Part shown: in pieces, positions 48,901-60,041 of the stretch | Numbering within the stretch: the first letter of the stretch is position 1 | Layout of the letters: each line of letters starts with the position of its first letter | Assembly: GCF_964188315.1 (NCBI RefSeq) | Contig: NC_135667.1 | Location: 26,412,001 to 26,476,000 of the forward strand | Length of the DNA stretch: 64,000 bases | Reading direction: 5' to 3' | Origin: Podarcis muralis | Lineage: Eukaryota | The notes under the pieces: generated by a model | The model's input: only the letters and a program-made list of their open reading frames with translations | Told to the model about the DNA's origin: nothing | Databases searched by the model: none | Translations under genes and position numbers: made by a program

Positions 48901-51824
48901 CTTATGTTAGTTCAGCCCACTGTCTGTCAATTGCATTGATCCAAGGGCAGTCTCCAATAACAGTTGCACATGCTCCTTGGATAAGTTTAACACACATAGA
49001 GATTATTGTTGGAAGAGTATAAAAGTTGGGTTATAGGCTATGTTAATCAGGCTCCAAGGAGACCCAATGGACAGTGATTTCAAGCACAGAGAAGACCCAT
49101 GAACATATGGATAAGATCCAAGCCCTTTTAAGTTGTATTCATTTCAAAGGGAACATTAGGCATCATGAGAAATGGCCATATATAGCTGCTGATTTGTTTT
49201 GTTTCTTACCTGGATGGGTTTTACTGGTGTCATCTAATTTGTTTGAATCCACCGCTGCATAGATGGGGTAAGGAACTGCCCCATTAAAAGAGACCATCCT
49301 TTCTTTGGACAAATGACCATAATCTAGCTGTAGAGAAAGCGATTCATTAGTGAGGGAGAATATCGTCCCAATGCAAATAACAGCTTCAGAGAAGGAATTT
49401 TTCCCAGTTCCAAGCAAGGAAGGCAAGTGTTAAGTTCCTCCTCTGTACCTGCTGCGATTTTGGTAAGTTATAAGCCCTGCCAGCTGATGCTATTTGCATT
49501 TAACAATAAACAAATAACATCTTGAAAGCAAATACATTTTTTATCTCATGTGTAGCTTGACATGCTCAGTTGGCGAGAGCTAGCAGGATTATAGCCTGAG
49601 ATAAATTGCTATTCCTACTGAGTATGTCACATTTAGAACAGCAAAACTGATCACTTGGGTACTTCTGCTATGTACCAAGAGGAATCAAAAGGCTCTGGAC
49701 TACCGTAGTTTTTATACTGTATTTTATGCTGCTTCTATGTTGTATTACAATTAAGTGTTTTAAATTTGTTGTTAGCCGCCCTGAGCCCAGTTTTTTGAAC
49801 CAGTAAGGGTGGGGTATAAATAAAACATTATTATTATTATTATTATTATTATTAGAGTAAAAATATACGTTGCTTGCCATTTTTGGTGGAATGATGGAAA
49901 ATATCTACAAGGCTTCCTGTAGGCAGTGCCTTGCTGACAAGCTGCACCATAAACTGCATCTGGATCTTCCTGCAGCCTCTAAATCAGCTTACTATGTGAT
50001 CTGGAAGTGGTTGTGTTGCAATTGTGGTTTCTCGGTGGGGAAGAAGGAACATGGGATGTACAAAAAGAGTTGGACTGTGGCATAGGTGTGTATGTTTTTT
50101 AAAAAGCTTTAAAAAAGCATATACAATGTTTTTCAAGTCTCCCCCCCAAAAAAAATAATAATAATAAAACAACAACAACAATTCTGTGCAACCACAAAGT
50201 ATCTGTGGAAAGGAGGAAGTATACTTGCCTCATGCAACATTGCATAGAGAATGACACTGCCCCAGAAATCGGTCAATGAGTATGTCTTCTCTTTACTTGG
50301 TTCTACAAGGGCATCCAGGGATTTGCTGGGATCCCACGATTGATTTACAAGATTGTCACTCATCTTTGCTTCCAAACTAGGAAGCTTTCCCATCCATTCC
50401 TCATGTTCATAGATGAATGACATACACCTTGGAGAAAAGGCAAAGCATCGTGAACAAAGCTTTGAAGAAAGACTTTTCCTGGAGGAACATTGCCAATCAC
50501 TGTAGATAATACTGAGATGGATATGCCAAAGGCCTGAATCAATATGATACAATTTAGCATGTTCCTACGTTGGGCAGAGCTTTCTTTATCAAATCCTTTA
50601 GCCATTAGAGACAACCTAGGTTCCTACTTCTTCAAATGGTTATGCCAGTCATCACTGAATATAGTTTATGTCCACTTACCAGGTAGAACCTGATACTCCA
50701 CAGAGATACATCACAGCACCCAACAAATCCTCTTTCTGAAGTTCTCCCAGAACCCCTTGAAGTGCAATCATGGCCCGCAACCCTCCACCAGATCCTAACA
50801 GGGCAACATTAGGAACAGAACTCTAGGGAAACGGGGAAAGACAAATAACTGTCATATTTTGAAATATGTAATCACAAATACTTTTTACAATGCAACACCA
50901 AGCGGTGAAGCTAGAAACAGATGGTGCATGGTAGCAGAAGACATGGTGCTATATTGGTGCTTTCCTAACCTGCTGTTTAACACCCCTCTCTAGCCACCTG
51001 TAAGCAAAAGCAATTTGATCAACAGGGAGTCAGGAGACTGCTGCCATCCCAACCTGCTGTCTGCTACTGGTGAAGTTAAGTTCTGTAGGGAACAGTATAT
51101 TCTCTTCCTTCTTGAAATATTGATTGATTGTGTAGCTTTCGGAAGAACAATGGGAAATCAATTGCTGTTAGTTATTGCAATTTAAGCTTCCATAACTCAA
51201 CTCTACTGTATCCCTAATTTCCTCTCCAAATTCTGCTTTCCGCCATCTTCTCTCCCAGCCTCCCATGTTTTAGCCACCCACCCACTCACTTTGCCCTTTG
51301 TCTATTCATTTTTTCAAGCCCCTTTGCCTTGGTCATTTGCCTGTGTTGTCCATTTAGAGCACCTGAGCAGCTCAGCCAGTGACAGGCTGCCCCCTTTCCC
51401 CAAAATATCAGGGCTTTATGTACATCACTGCCAGAGATTGTGTCGCTATTATCCAAAGTGCGAGCACCGCCACATCCCTTAAGCATATTGCAATATAGAC
51501 CATTAAACTTTACCATGGTGGTGTTGACCCCAAGCTTCAGAAAAGAATTGTGAACTTTGATTTTTCTTCTGCCAACAGCTGTTTTTTCTTCATCAGATAC
51601 ATCTCTGGAAATCCGGATCACATCACTAGTTTAAGAATAAAAGTCAACCATTTCAAAGTTGCTCATTCAAGTGGGAGTCTCTACCCCAGTCATCTGTGGA
51701 GCACATACAGACAACCCACCATTTTGTGCTTCAAGTTTCATAGAAACATAAAGTCCACTCACCCCTTCCAGGTGACATGAAGATTGTGGCCCCGTGCCAA
51801 CCCCGCCTCCATCCTCATTTCCAT
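39971..51824 (-). CDS. PLA2G4C: Cytosolic phospholipase A2 gamma-like (group IVC), multi-exon, ~560-580 aa
   Basis: Manually spliced, phase-consistent exons: 51514-51625, 50680-50822, 50229-50427, 49210-49327, 48201-48341, 47914-47967, 47414-47446, 46479-46607, 45133-45312, 42766-42858, 42176-42330, 40728-40899, 39971-40122. Candidate first coding exon 51763-51824. Motifs GSGGGLRA, GVSGSTW, YSLTDFW, PYPIYAAVD, WFEFTPH, GLWGS, KWKWGT, DAG, ILSFDFS, HFPLFN are collinear with human cPLA2-gamma. No C2 domain found. Confidence 0.9.
40728..40899 (-). CDS. PLA2G4C: PLA2G4C-like exon (TVKEAVLYC...HFPLFNTVNCK)
   Basis: AG at 40900-40901, GT at 40726-40727; absent from the ORF track. Confidence 0.9.
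42176..42330 (-). CDS. PLA2G4C: PLA2G4C-like exon carrying catalytic Asp (LADAGIAMN)
   Basis: AG at 42331-42332, GT at 42174-42175; ends ILSFDFSSGNPFE. Confidence 0.92.
42766..42858 (-). CDS. PLA2G4C: PLA2G4C-like exon (GIWDTLRILSKTVYCLFKWKWGTISNYTYKY)
   Basis: AG at 42859-42860, GT at 42764-42765; matches the KWEWGTTHNFLYK region. Confidence 0.88.
42908..42950. repeat. (ATT)n microsatellite
   Basis: Direct reading. Confidence 0.95.
43879..44120. mobile_element. Tigger/pogo-like (Tc1-mariner) MITE, 242 bp
   Basis: TIR CAGTGGTACCTCGGGTTA / CAGTAGTACCTCCGGTTA (16 of 18 match), flanked by TA TSD. Confidence 0.88.
44213..44566 (-). mobile_element. Full-length Sauria SINE (second subfamily) with 13-bp TSD
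   Basis: Sauria core; TSD atggtgtataata (44200-44212) / atggggtataata (44567-44579). Confidence 0.93.
45133..45312 (-). CDS. PLA2G4C: PLA2G4C-like variable-region exon (...DQVGSNTYNFLSLLKDK...QEFS)
   Basis: Open frame with a GC donor at 45131-45132. The phase-compatible acceptor is at 45313-45314; the stronger-looking AG at 45282-45283 is phase-incompatible, so the 5' boundary is uncertain. Confidence 0.6.
45482..45664. mobile_element. Degenerate hAT-type MITE
   Basis: caggggtaccaac...aaatattgagggggc...ccccctcaaatatt...aattggctccaatg, with internal inverted segments. Confidence 0.4.
46479..46607 (-). CDS. PLA2G4C: PLA2G4C-like Cys/His-rich exon
   Basis: AG at 46608-46609, GT at 46477-46478; (A)SSCHCIYCQAASHAIKLLIHAMEGTAHEHQDENITNIMELLK; phase 1-1. 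Confidence 0.75.
47414..47446 (-). CDS. PLA2G4C: PLA2G4C-like 33-nt micro-exon
   Basis: CATTTTCAG acceptor and G|GTAAGT donor; (D)YIKRLGEQAS. Confidence 0.75.
47914..47967 (-). CDS. PLA2G4C: PLA2G4C-like exon (GLWGSSFADRKEDVKEIE)
   Basis: AG at 47968-47969, GT at 47912-47913. Confidence 0.85.
48201..48341 (-). CDS. PLA2G4C: PLA2G4C-like exon (GIWFEFTPHDAG...DISYLR)
   Basis: AG at 48342-48343, GT at 48199-48200. Confidence 0.92.
48530..48812. mobile_element. GC-rich hAT-like element fragment
   Basis: Ends in ccctagcgcctatgggtaagacggccctg, a CAGGGCCGTC-type TIR; the other terminus was not identified. Confidence 0.5.
49210..49327 (-). CDS. PLA2G4C: PLA2G4C-like exon (LDYGHLSK...PYPIYAAVD...THP)
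   Basis: AG at 49328-49329, GT at 49208-49209. Confidence 0.92.
49765..49855 (+). mobile_element. L2-type 3' tail with (TTA)n
   Basis: gttagccgccctgagccc...gggtggggtataaataaaac(att)n. Confidence 0.6.
50229..50427 (-). CDS. PLA2G4C: PLA2G4C-like exon (CMSFIYEH...YSLTDFWGSVILYAMLHE)
   Basis: AG at 50428-50429; non-canonical GAG|GCAAGT donor at 50227-50228. Confidence 0.9.
50680..50822 (-). CDS. PLA2G4C: PLA2G4C-like exon carrying catalytic Arg and Ser (GSGGGLRA; GVSGSTW)
   Basis: AG at 50823-50824, GT at 50678-50679; absent from the ORF track. Confidence 0.93.
51514..51625 (-). CDS. PLA2G4C: PLA2G4C-like exon (DVIRISRDVSDEEKTAVGRRK...NTTM)
   Basis: Aligns to human EVSIIPGLQKEEKAAVERRR; AG at 51626-51627, GT at 51512-51513. 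Confidence 0.88.
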
Positions 51825-54800
51825 GGCTTGGTCTCTGGCTGCAGCGGCTGTCGGGAGGTGCTACAGCCTCTCCCCCCAGCCGCAAAATTCAAATTTGTTT
51901 GTCTGCAATTTTGGACCAGTCATGGGTTGGCTTGAGAGTGTGGCCATAGAGGGTTAGACTCATGGAGTCTTCGCTCAGGTCCACTCCCCAGGGATAAAAG
52001 CCTTTGCCCAGGACTGCAGTCGGCATCAAAGTAGGAGAAATAGTCACACTACCAGAGAATTTGTTGGTCCTGCCCAGCTTCTAGCCCCCTACAGCACCAC
52101 TGAGTAACCATGTGGGGGAGAAAGCCACTGCTTTGGTGCTGGTATCAGGGTGTTTTTTTTGGGGGGGGCATGGGTGGGATAGCACAGTGCCAGTGATGCC
52201 ACCACCACCCAAATGAGGGTAGAGTAGGGTAGATGGGAGCTGAACTTGGCTCACATTCAGAAGTGGCACCACCATCTTCTTCTGAAAGCATTTGAGGACC
52301 TGAATGGTGGAGTGACTAGGTCAGCCTGGGGAGAGACCTCTATGACCTTTTGGGCAGTGCACAGCCTGGCTGGCTGCTGACAGGCATGCACCACCATCCT
52401 TCATGATTACTTCTGAGTGGGCTTACCTGGCACGATCTCCACTACTACCAGATAAGACAGCAAGTGTGTGAGGGCAAGATTGCAGGTGCATCAGCACTGC
52501 TGTTGCAGGGGTGGTGGTAACTGGTAGCAAGTATTGAGGAGGCTGCTGAACACTGGTGGGGAAGCTGAGAGCAATTGTCCCTGGGGCCCTGCAAAATCTG
52601 GAGCTGGGCCTGCTTAAAAGCAAGCTCCTTGGACACCAGCAAGAGCATGTTTCAAGCTACTTTCTGAGACAGCTGTATATTTTTCATGTCCCCCAGTATT
52701 TACAAGAGTGTCAGACAAAGTTAGTGGACCCTTCTGCTACATCTCATGCTACAGAACAGTTCTGAAGTTAGGAAACATTTCTGCAATCCTACAGGGTTTC
52801 CCCTTTGTTTTTCACAAAGGAAGCCCTCAGTTTCTTCACACAACCATCGGTTTTGCAAGAACAGTTCTGGTAATCGTTAGTTAGCAAACAACATCTGGAT
52901 AAATATTACCTTTGGTTTGACCCAGGCATACATAACCTGTGACCTTTCGAGCTGAGTGAAGTTCAATAGACATGCTTGACAGTTCAGAAAGGCTATATTG
53001 GCTGCCTGTGTGGGGCTGCAGAAAGTGGATTTAAGCACTCAGAAGTCCACATTACTTGAGGAAGCACCATAGCTCAGTAACAGAGCATCTGGATCTCCTG
53101 CATACGTAGCATCTCCTGAAAGGGCTGGGAAAGAGAACCCTCTCTAAAAAGTCTGGAGAATCACAAGTTGCTCAGTGCAGACAGTGCCAGATTAAATCTT
53201 GTGGAGGCCCCTTGGCTGTCGAAATCTCGGGGGGGGGGGGGCTCGCAAATTATCTCCTAATACATTTTTTGTTTTACCAAGCAACAATTTTAATAAACCA
53301 ATTTCAAGATCAAATCAATATTATTTTGATCTGTTGTCATGGGGGCCCCTAAATGCTCTGCCTATCTGGCACTGCACTAAGCTAGATGGACAAATGGTTT
53401 GATTCAGTAGGAGGCAACTTGCTATGTTCCCATCACTGACTGGTGAGCTGTGTTTTGCTTGATAGGACCCACATTGTATTAGCCATGCACCATCCACTGT
53501 TACACGTTAGTGCATGCATAATGAAAGCAGGAGGCTCCAACCCAAATATATGCAGGTCTACTGAAGAGCCAGAAAAAATCCCCACATACACAAACCATGC
53601 ATACAGCTCAATGCGCAGAGGGAGTACTCTCTGACCGATGACATGCATAAGTAGAGCCAGTTTAGAGGAGCATTCCTGCCATCTGATCGTGCCCCTGACA
53701 TCCTGTGGGTTCCCCAGTATCAGCACCCATCCTCAGTGGGATCACCAGGAGTGGTGGCAGCCAAGCAGAAGTGCTATGAGCTACAAGGGAGGGAGGCTAT
53801 AATCCACCCAGCTTTCTCTGCTTCCCAAGCAGACCTTTTCTTGCAGCTCTTCACTGCAAGGTAAACTGCAACCGTTGGGCCCAAACCAGACAATATGTCA
53901 ACACTGGCTGACCTTCAGCACCTGCAATGAATTTGAACTGTTTTGCCTTACCTTTGTTTGAGAGACAAGCTTTCTCCATTAATAGCCTCGTTTTCCTTTA
54001 ATAAAGGAAGAAACAGAAAGAAAATGTGAGTGTATAATGTTTCAAAAACGGGGTGTGGGACATCAGATCCTGAGGCCTCAATGTGGCTCCCCAGGCCTCT
54101 CACTTGACCCCAAACTACACCCCACTCCTTAGCCACCCTTGCTCTTCAGACACACCCTTCACTGCCCTCCTTCAGGTGGTTATTGCCTTGCTGGACTGTG
54201 TCATTAACTCTGATAAGGCCTCTCGCTTGCCTGGAGGACGGAGAGGGATTGTGTGCAGAAACGAGCCACTGTACAAAGGCACAAATTGAAATGTGTTGAT
54301 ATTTTGTCTCTGGCCCTACCTACCACTGTCATGTGGCCCCCAGAAAGTTATTTCAAAAGGAATGTGGCTTCAGGTCCCATCCCCCCCCCAATATACTTAG
54401 TTTCACCAATCCTTCTTGTGCATTGACAGTGCCATGTTGATTTCTTCAGGAATGACATCCTGCTAATGAATTTGCTGTTGTAATATAGCATTGGTTGTTG
54501 CTTTTCTCTCCCCTTTCTTGATCCGCTACCCAGGTTTTGCTCACTTGCTTTGTATTTCCTTGTTTCACATAAAATATGATTTCATGTTTTTTAAGGTCTC
54601 TAACAATTCAACTGATTTGGAAAACAAGAGGGAGAGGAGAATGTTCCATAATGGATAGATTTCTTACCATTTCTCTTCCTGCTTTGTTTATTGGGTAACC
54701 CACAGATTTCAGTGTTTTCTGTGACAAAGAAACAATTTCACAAAGTCTTCAGCATTTGTCTTATAGGATGTTTTCAGATGACCAATTTATTGAACATTCA

Positions 54801-57030
54801 TACTCATTTGTTTTCATGGAAGTTAGAGCATGGATTTGCACTGACTTGTTTCTTCATTAATTTAGAGGAGTCCACACGACATCTTCCTCCTCCCATTGTT
54901 GTCCCATACCTTTCCCCCTTTAACTGCAGACATTTTTGCTCCATGGAAACTTCCAAAATGACTAGGTGATGCACGCTTATCATTAGGACAGGGGTGGTGG
55001 TGGTGGTTTTGCCCTGATTTTCTTTTGGCAGCTCTTACTTCCCTTTGTTTTACCTTAGTTAGTCATCATGTAAATTTCGAACAAGGGGCTGCTTCTGAAG
55101 GCTTTTGCTCTGATCTTCTGATTTACGCTAAACTAATCAAGAGTTGAAATGACTATTGCAAACAAATTATTATTTATATAAAAGGAAAATGGAAGATAGA
55201 GAAGGGGATTCAAGTCAGCTGCTTTTTAGCCATTGCCAAAGCTTGGAAAGTGAAAAGGGAGGTAAATGTCCTTCTGGGCTCTGCAACCACTAAAGAACTG
55301 TTAATTTAAAGCTTCTCTCCTCCTCCTGCCTAAAAAAAAAAAGTGAACTAATTTGTGCACAATTGGGATTGAGTTGAGCATGTGAATGGGTCCTTCTTTC
55401 ATATATTAGCAAGCTGAAAAATTGCTGCAAGAAAACATGGGGACTAGAAGCAGGAGGACGGGTGTATGGCTTAGCTGGTAGTTGGAGATAAAAATTTGAT
55501 GGAAACAAACTGTTAAAATGTCTCTTGCTGGTGACCCATCTTCCACTTCTACTCAAATGGCTGAGAAGCAGCTGGTCACAAGAAGTGGGAGGGAGGGAAA
55601 AGGACATGAGGCTGGAAATGGGGAAGGGTAAGGATCTGGAAAAAGGAGAAGCAGTAGTCACCCACCCATATCACCCCAGCCCTAAAACCTTTGGGATGAT
55701 TGTGTAGAAATAAAATGATGTTGCAGCTATGAAAGCAACCACATTTCTCAGCCTCAGTATTTTATTAGGAGAATCTTGCAAAAATGTACACTTTAGTCAA
55801 AACAGCAGACAAAAATGTGCTTATTAGAATAAATTCACACTTAAATGCTAAAGCATTTTCATGAGGGGGTTTTTAATTAAAAATCATCATAATTTGCTGT
55901 GGAAATGTGGTGAACTAAATTTAACATTGGAAAAACTGGAAACTGAAAGAACTTAATTTGACAAAGAGTGTGAGAAAAGACCTCTTGTATCAAGTCAATC
56001 CTTCTTCCCACAGTTGTCATCCAGGTGTGTCTTGGAAGCTCACAAGCAAAGCATGAAGGCAATAGTCCTCTCCCTCACTGTTGCTCACCCATAATCTTTA
56101 AAAACTCATTGGGTGATGTCCATGGGATTAGCTCTCTGTATTTACAACCTTACAGATTGGTGGTGGGATATAATAACAAACACACAAGCATGCAGGATGA
56201 ATTTGTGTGTGAGTCTAACAGCACGCTTGCCATCTCTGTGGTGGTGGCTGCTCTCTTATTATAAGAGAATAATAATTTTAAAAAAACCCTCCGATATCAT
56301 TGTGTATAATCTATTCACGAGGAAATCTATTTCCTCTTGAATCTATTCACGAGGAAAGACAGCAATCAGAAAGAGCTGTACTTACATTTCTGTCCTTTGG
56401 AGATGGAGAGTTGGATGGACCACGGTGTTCACCTGGGGTTCAGTGCAAAGATTCTCCACTCGGCCTGGATAGGTGTTGTGGAACAAGGAAGATATGTGAT
56501 TGCACAGAGGACCTGAGTCATTTCATGTCTCCAGTGGCAGCAGTTTCTTTACATATAAGGTAAGAAGTTTTGCAATAGTTTCTGAAGAGTGACGAGCTAT
56601 GTGCGTATTCATGCATCTCTTCCATCAGCACTTATTTACAAGGGGCAGCCCCCTTTTTTTCCTGGTAACTGTCTTTTCAGGTAACTGCAGTTTCTTATTT
56701 GTCCTTTTTTATCTCTGGGAATTAGTTGGGGATTATAGAGTTTGACCTTGAAGTTATATCTTTAAGGTGTGTGTATATCAGGGTTGTATCTTGTTCTTTG
56801 TGCATTGCATGTATACATATAAACTAGCAGTCACCATTTCTCCCCAGAAGCCCATCAGAATGATGCTACTGCATGCTATTCCAGTGTTGATGTCATGTTA
56901 TCCCAATGCCTGGAGGGGGGGGGGAGTATGGCAGACACAAATGGGCAACTGCCAGGAGAAAACACCACCGCTACCAACAGTAAGCTCCCCATCTTTTTAA
57001 AAAATATTACTCTCCACTCTCTTGGCTCCC

Positions 57031-57120
57031 TCACCCTAAAAGCGGAGATGAGCACCACACCACATAGTCGAATTTGACTGGACTTAACCGTCCAGGGGTC
57101 CTTTACATTTTGACCTTTAC
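57031..57120 (+). mobile_element. Sauria SINE 3' fragment
   Basis: agcggagatgagcacc...tttgactggacttaaccgtccaggggtcctttac. Confidence 0.75.
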
Positions 57121-57614
57121 TCTCCCTCCAATCAATTAAAGGTACTCAGTGTTTGCAATTAGGTAGAGGACTTGTTTCAACACTTTTACAGTATATGTGT
57201 GCATTATCTAAAAGAAATAAATCATTTTTCTTTCAAACGATTGATTTTCTTTCTTTCAGATTGAAAAAGTTAACTGAAGTATTAATAAACAAAAACTCAT
57301 ATGGATAATGAGTTAACTATAAAACACTGTGCAACTTTATTCGAAAAGTAAATCACAGCAACTTCAATAGGACTTACTTTCTAGTAAGTATACACAGTGT
57401 TGTGAATTGGGGGGGAGGTGGGGAGGCTATATGCCTGAGTACCTTAGAATCATAGAATCATAGAGTTGGAATAGACCACAAGGGCCATCGAGTCCAACCC
57501 CCTGCCAAGCAGGAAACACCATCAGAGCACTCCTGACATATGGTCGTCAAGCCTCTGCTTAAAGACCTCCAAAGAAGGAGACTCCACCACACTCCTTGGC
57601 AGCAAATTCCACTG

Positions 57615-59933
57615 TCAAACAGCTCTTACTGTCAGGAAGTTCTTCCTAATGTTTAGGTGGAATCTTCTTTCTTGTAGTTTGGATCCATTGCTCCGTGTCC
57701 GCTTCTCTGGAGCAGCAGAAAACAACCTTTCTCCCTCCTCTATATGACATCCTTTTATATATTTGAACATGGCTATCATATCAGCCCTTAACCTCCTCTT
57801 CTCCAGGCTAAACATGCCCAGCTCCCTTAGCCGTTCCTCATAAGGCATCATTTCCAGGCCTTTGACCATTTTGGTTGCCCTCCTCTGGACACGTTCCAGT
57901 TTGTCAGTGTCCTTCTTGAACTGTGGTGCCCAGAACTGGACACAGTACTCCAGGTGAGGTCTGACCAGAGCAGAATACAGTGGCACTATTACTTCCCTTG
58001 ATCTAGATGCTATACTCCTATTGATGGAGCCCAGAATTGCATTGGCTTTTTTAGCTGCCGCGTCACACTGTTGGCTCATGTCAAGTTTGTGGTCAACCAA
58101 GACTCCTAGATCCTTTTCACATGTACTGCTCTCAAGCCAGGTGTCACCCATCTTGTATTTGTGCCTCTCATTTTTTTTGCCCAAGTGCAATACTTTACAT
58201 TTCTCCCTGTTAAAGTTCATCTTGTTTGTTTTGGCCCAGTTCTCTAATCTGTCAAGGTCGTTTTGAAGTGTGATCCTGTCCTCTGGGGTGTTAGCCACCC
58301 CCCACCCCCAGTTTGGTGTCATCTGCAAATTTGATCAGGATGCCCTTGAGTCCATCATCCAAGTCGTTGATAAAGATGTTGAATAAGACCGGGCCCAAGA
58401 CAGAACCCTGTGGCACCCCACTAGTCACTCTTCTCCAGGATGAAGAGGAACCACTGATGAGCACCCTTTGGGTTCGGTCAGTCAGCCAGTTACAAATCCA
58501 CTGAGTGGTAGCATAGTCAAGACCGCATTTTACCAGCTTTTTTACAATATCATGGGGCACCTTGTTGAATGCCTTGCTGAAATCAAGGTAGGCTACATAC
58601 ACTGCGTTCCCTTCATCTACCAGGCTTGTAATTCTGTCAAAAAACGAGATCAGGTTAGTCTGACATGACTTCTTTTTCAGAAATCCATGCTGACTATTGG
58701 TGATCACAGCATTCCTTTCTAGGTGCTCACAGACTGTTTGCTTAATGATCTGCTCCAGAATCTTCCCTGGTATTGATGTCAGACTGACTGGGCGATAAAT
58801 ATTTGGGTCCTCTTTTTTGTTGCTTTTTTGTTGCTTTTAACCTCTCTAGCAAGCCTGAGTTCATTCTGTGCTTTAGCTTTTCTGACTTTGTGTCTACATG
58901 TGCTGGCTATTTGTTTGAATTCCTCTTTGGTGGTTTCCCCCCTTTTCCATTTTTTGTACACATCCTTTTTTAATCTTAACTCAGTTAAAAGTTCTTTAGA
59001 TAGCCACCCTGGCTTCTTTAGGCACCTTCCATGTTTCTGTCTCATTGGTATTGCCTGAAGTTGTGCTTTTACTATCTCCCTCTTAACAAACTCCCAGCCA
59101 TCATGAACTCCCTTTCCTTTTAGTATTACTGTCCATGGGATCTCACCCAGCACTTCCCTAAGTTTTATGAAGTCGGCTTTCTTAAAGTCAAGAAATTGAG
59201 TCCTAGTATGCTTGGCTGCTCCTTTCCGCTGTATAGTAAACTTCAGAAGAGCATGATCACTCGCGCCTAATGATCCTTCCACTTCTACCCCACTAACCAG
59301 GTCATCAACATTGGTTAGGACCAGATCTAAAATGGCTGTTCCTCTTGTTGCTTCTCCCACTTTCTGGACAATGAAGTTGTCTGCAAGGCCAGTGAAGAAT
59401 CTGTTTGACCTTATGCTCTTGGCTGAGTTTGACATCCAACAAATATCCGGGTAATTGAAGTCCCCCATTACTACTATCTCCCTTCCTTTTGCATGCTTGG
59501 CCATCTGTTCCAGGAAGGCATCATCTATGTCCTCCGTTTGGCTTGGGGATCTATAGTAAACTCCCACAATGAGGTCTCTGTTATTCTTCTCTCCCTTAAT
59601 TTTGACCCAAATGCTCTCACTTTGGCTTTGAGGTTCTAAATCTTGGATCTCTTCACAGGTATACACATCCCTGACATATAACGCCACTCCTCCTCCTTTC
59701 TTGTCTGGTCTGTTTCTCTGAAATAGATTGTATCCCTCCATTATTACATTCCAATCGTGGGACTTATCCCACCAGGTTTCAGTGATGCCTATTATGTCAT
59801 ATTTAGTTTGCTGTACCAAGAGCTCAAGCTCATCTTGTTTATTTCCCATGCTTTGCGCATTAGTGTACAGACATTGAAGTCCATTAATCATTCCCCCGTG
59901 TCTCTTATTTAAGGATTTTTTTCCTCCCACCAC
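57615..59933 (-). pseudogene. CR1 ORF2 (endonuclease/reverse transcriptase), disrupted
   Basis: CLYTNAQS...ITETWW...GDFN...LDL endonuclease motifs; QHGF...LDFSKAF...[10 protein letters not shown]...FADD RT motifs. Lesions: internal deletion at ~58812-58838, frameshift at ~58295 (G-run), premature TGA at 57615. Confidence 0.93.
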
Positions 59934-60041
59934 TAGGTCTGTGTGCTGTTTGCTCCTTTTGGTCTATGGCATTTGGATGATCATCTTCATCAATTGATAG
60001 ACTCCTACCTTCAGGAGCACTGTCTCTCTCCCCCACATTAG

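Noticed and set aside
56400-56562. Exon-like segment (AG|ATG...AAG|GTAAG) on the plus strand
   Set aside because: In-frame TGA after 37 codons, no recognisable product and no partner exons found.
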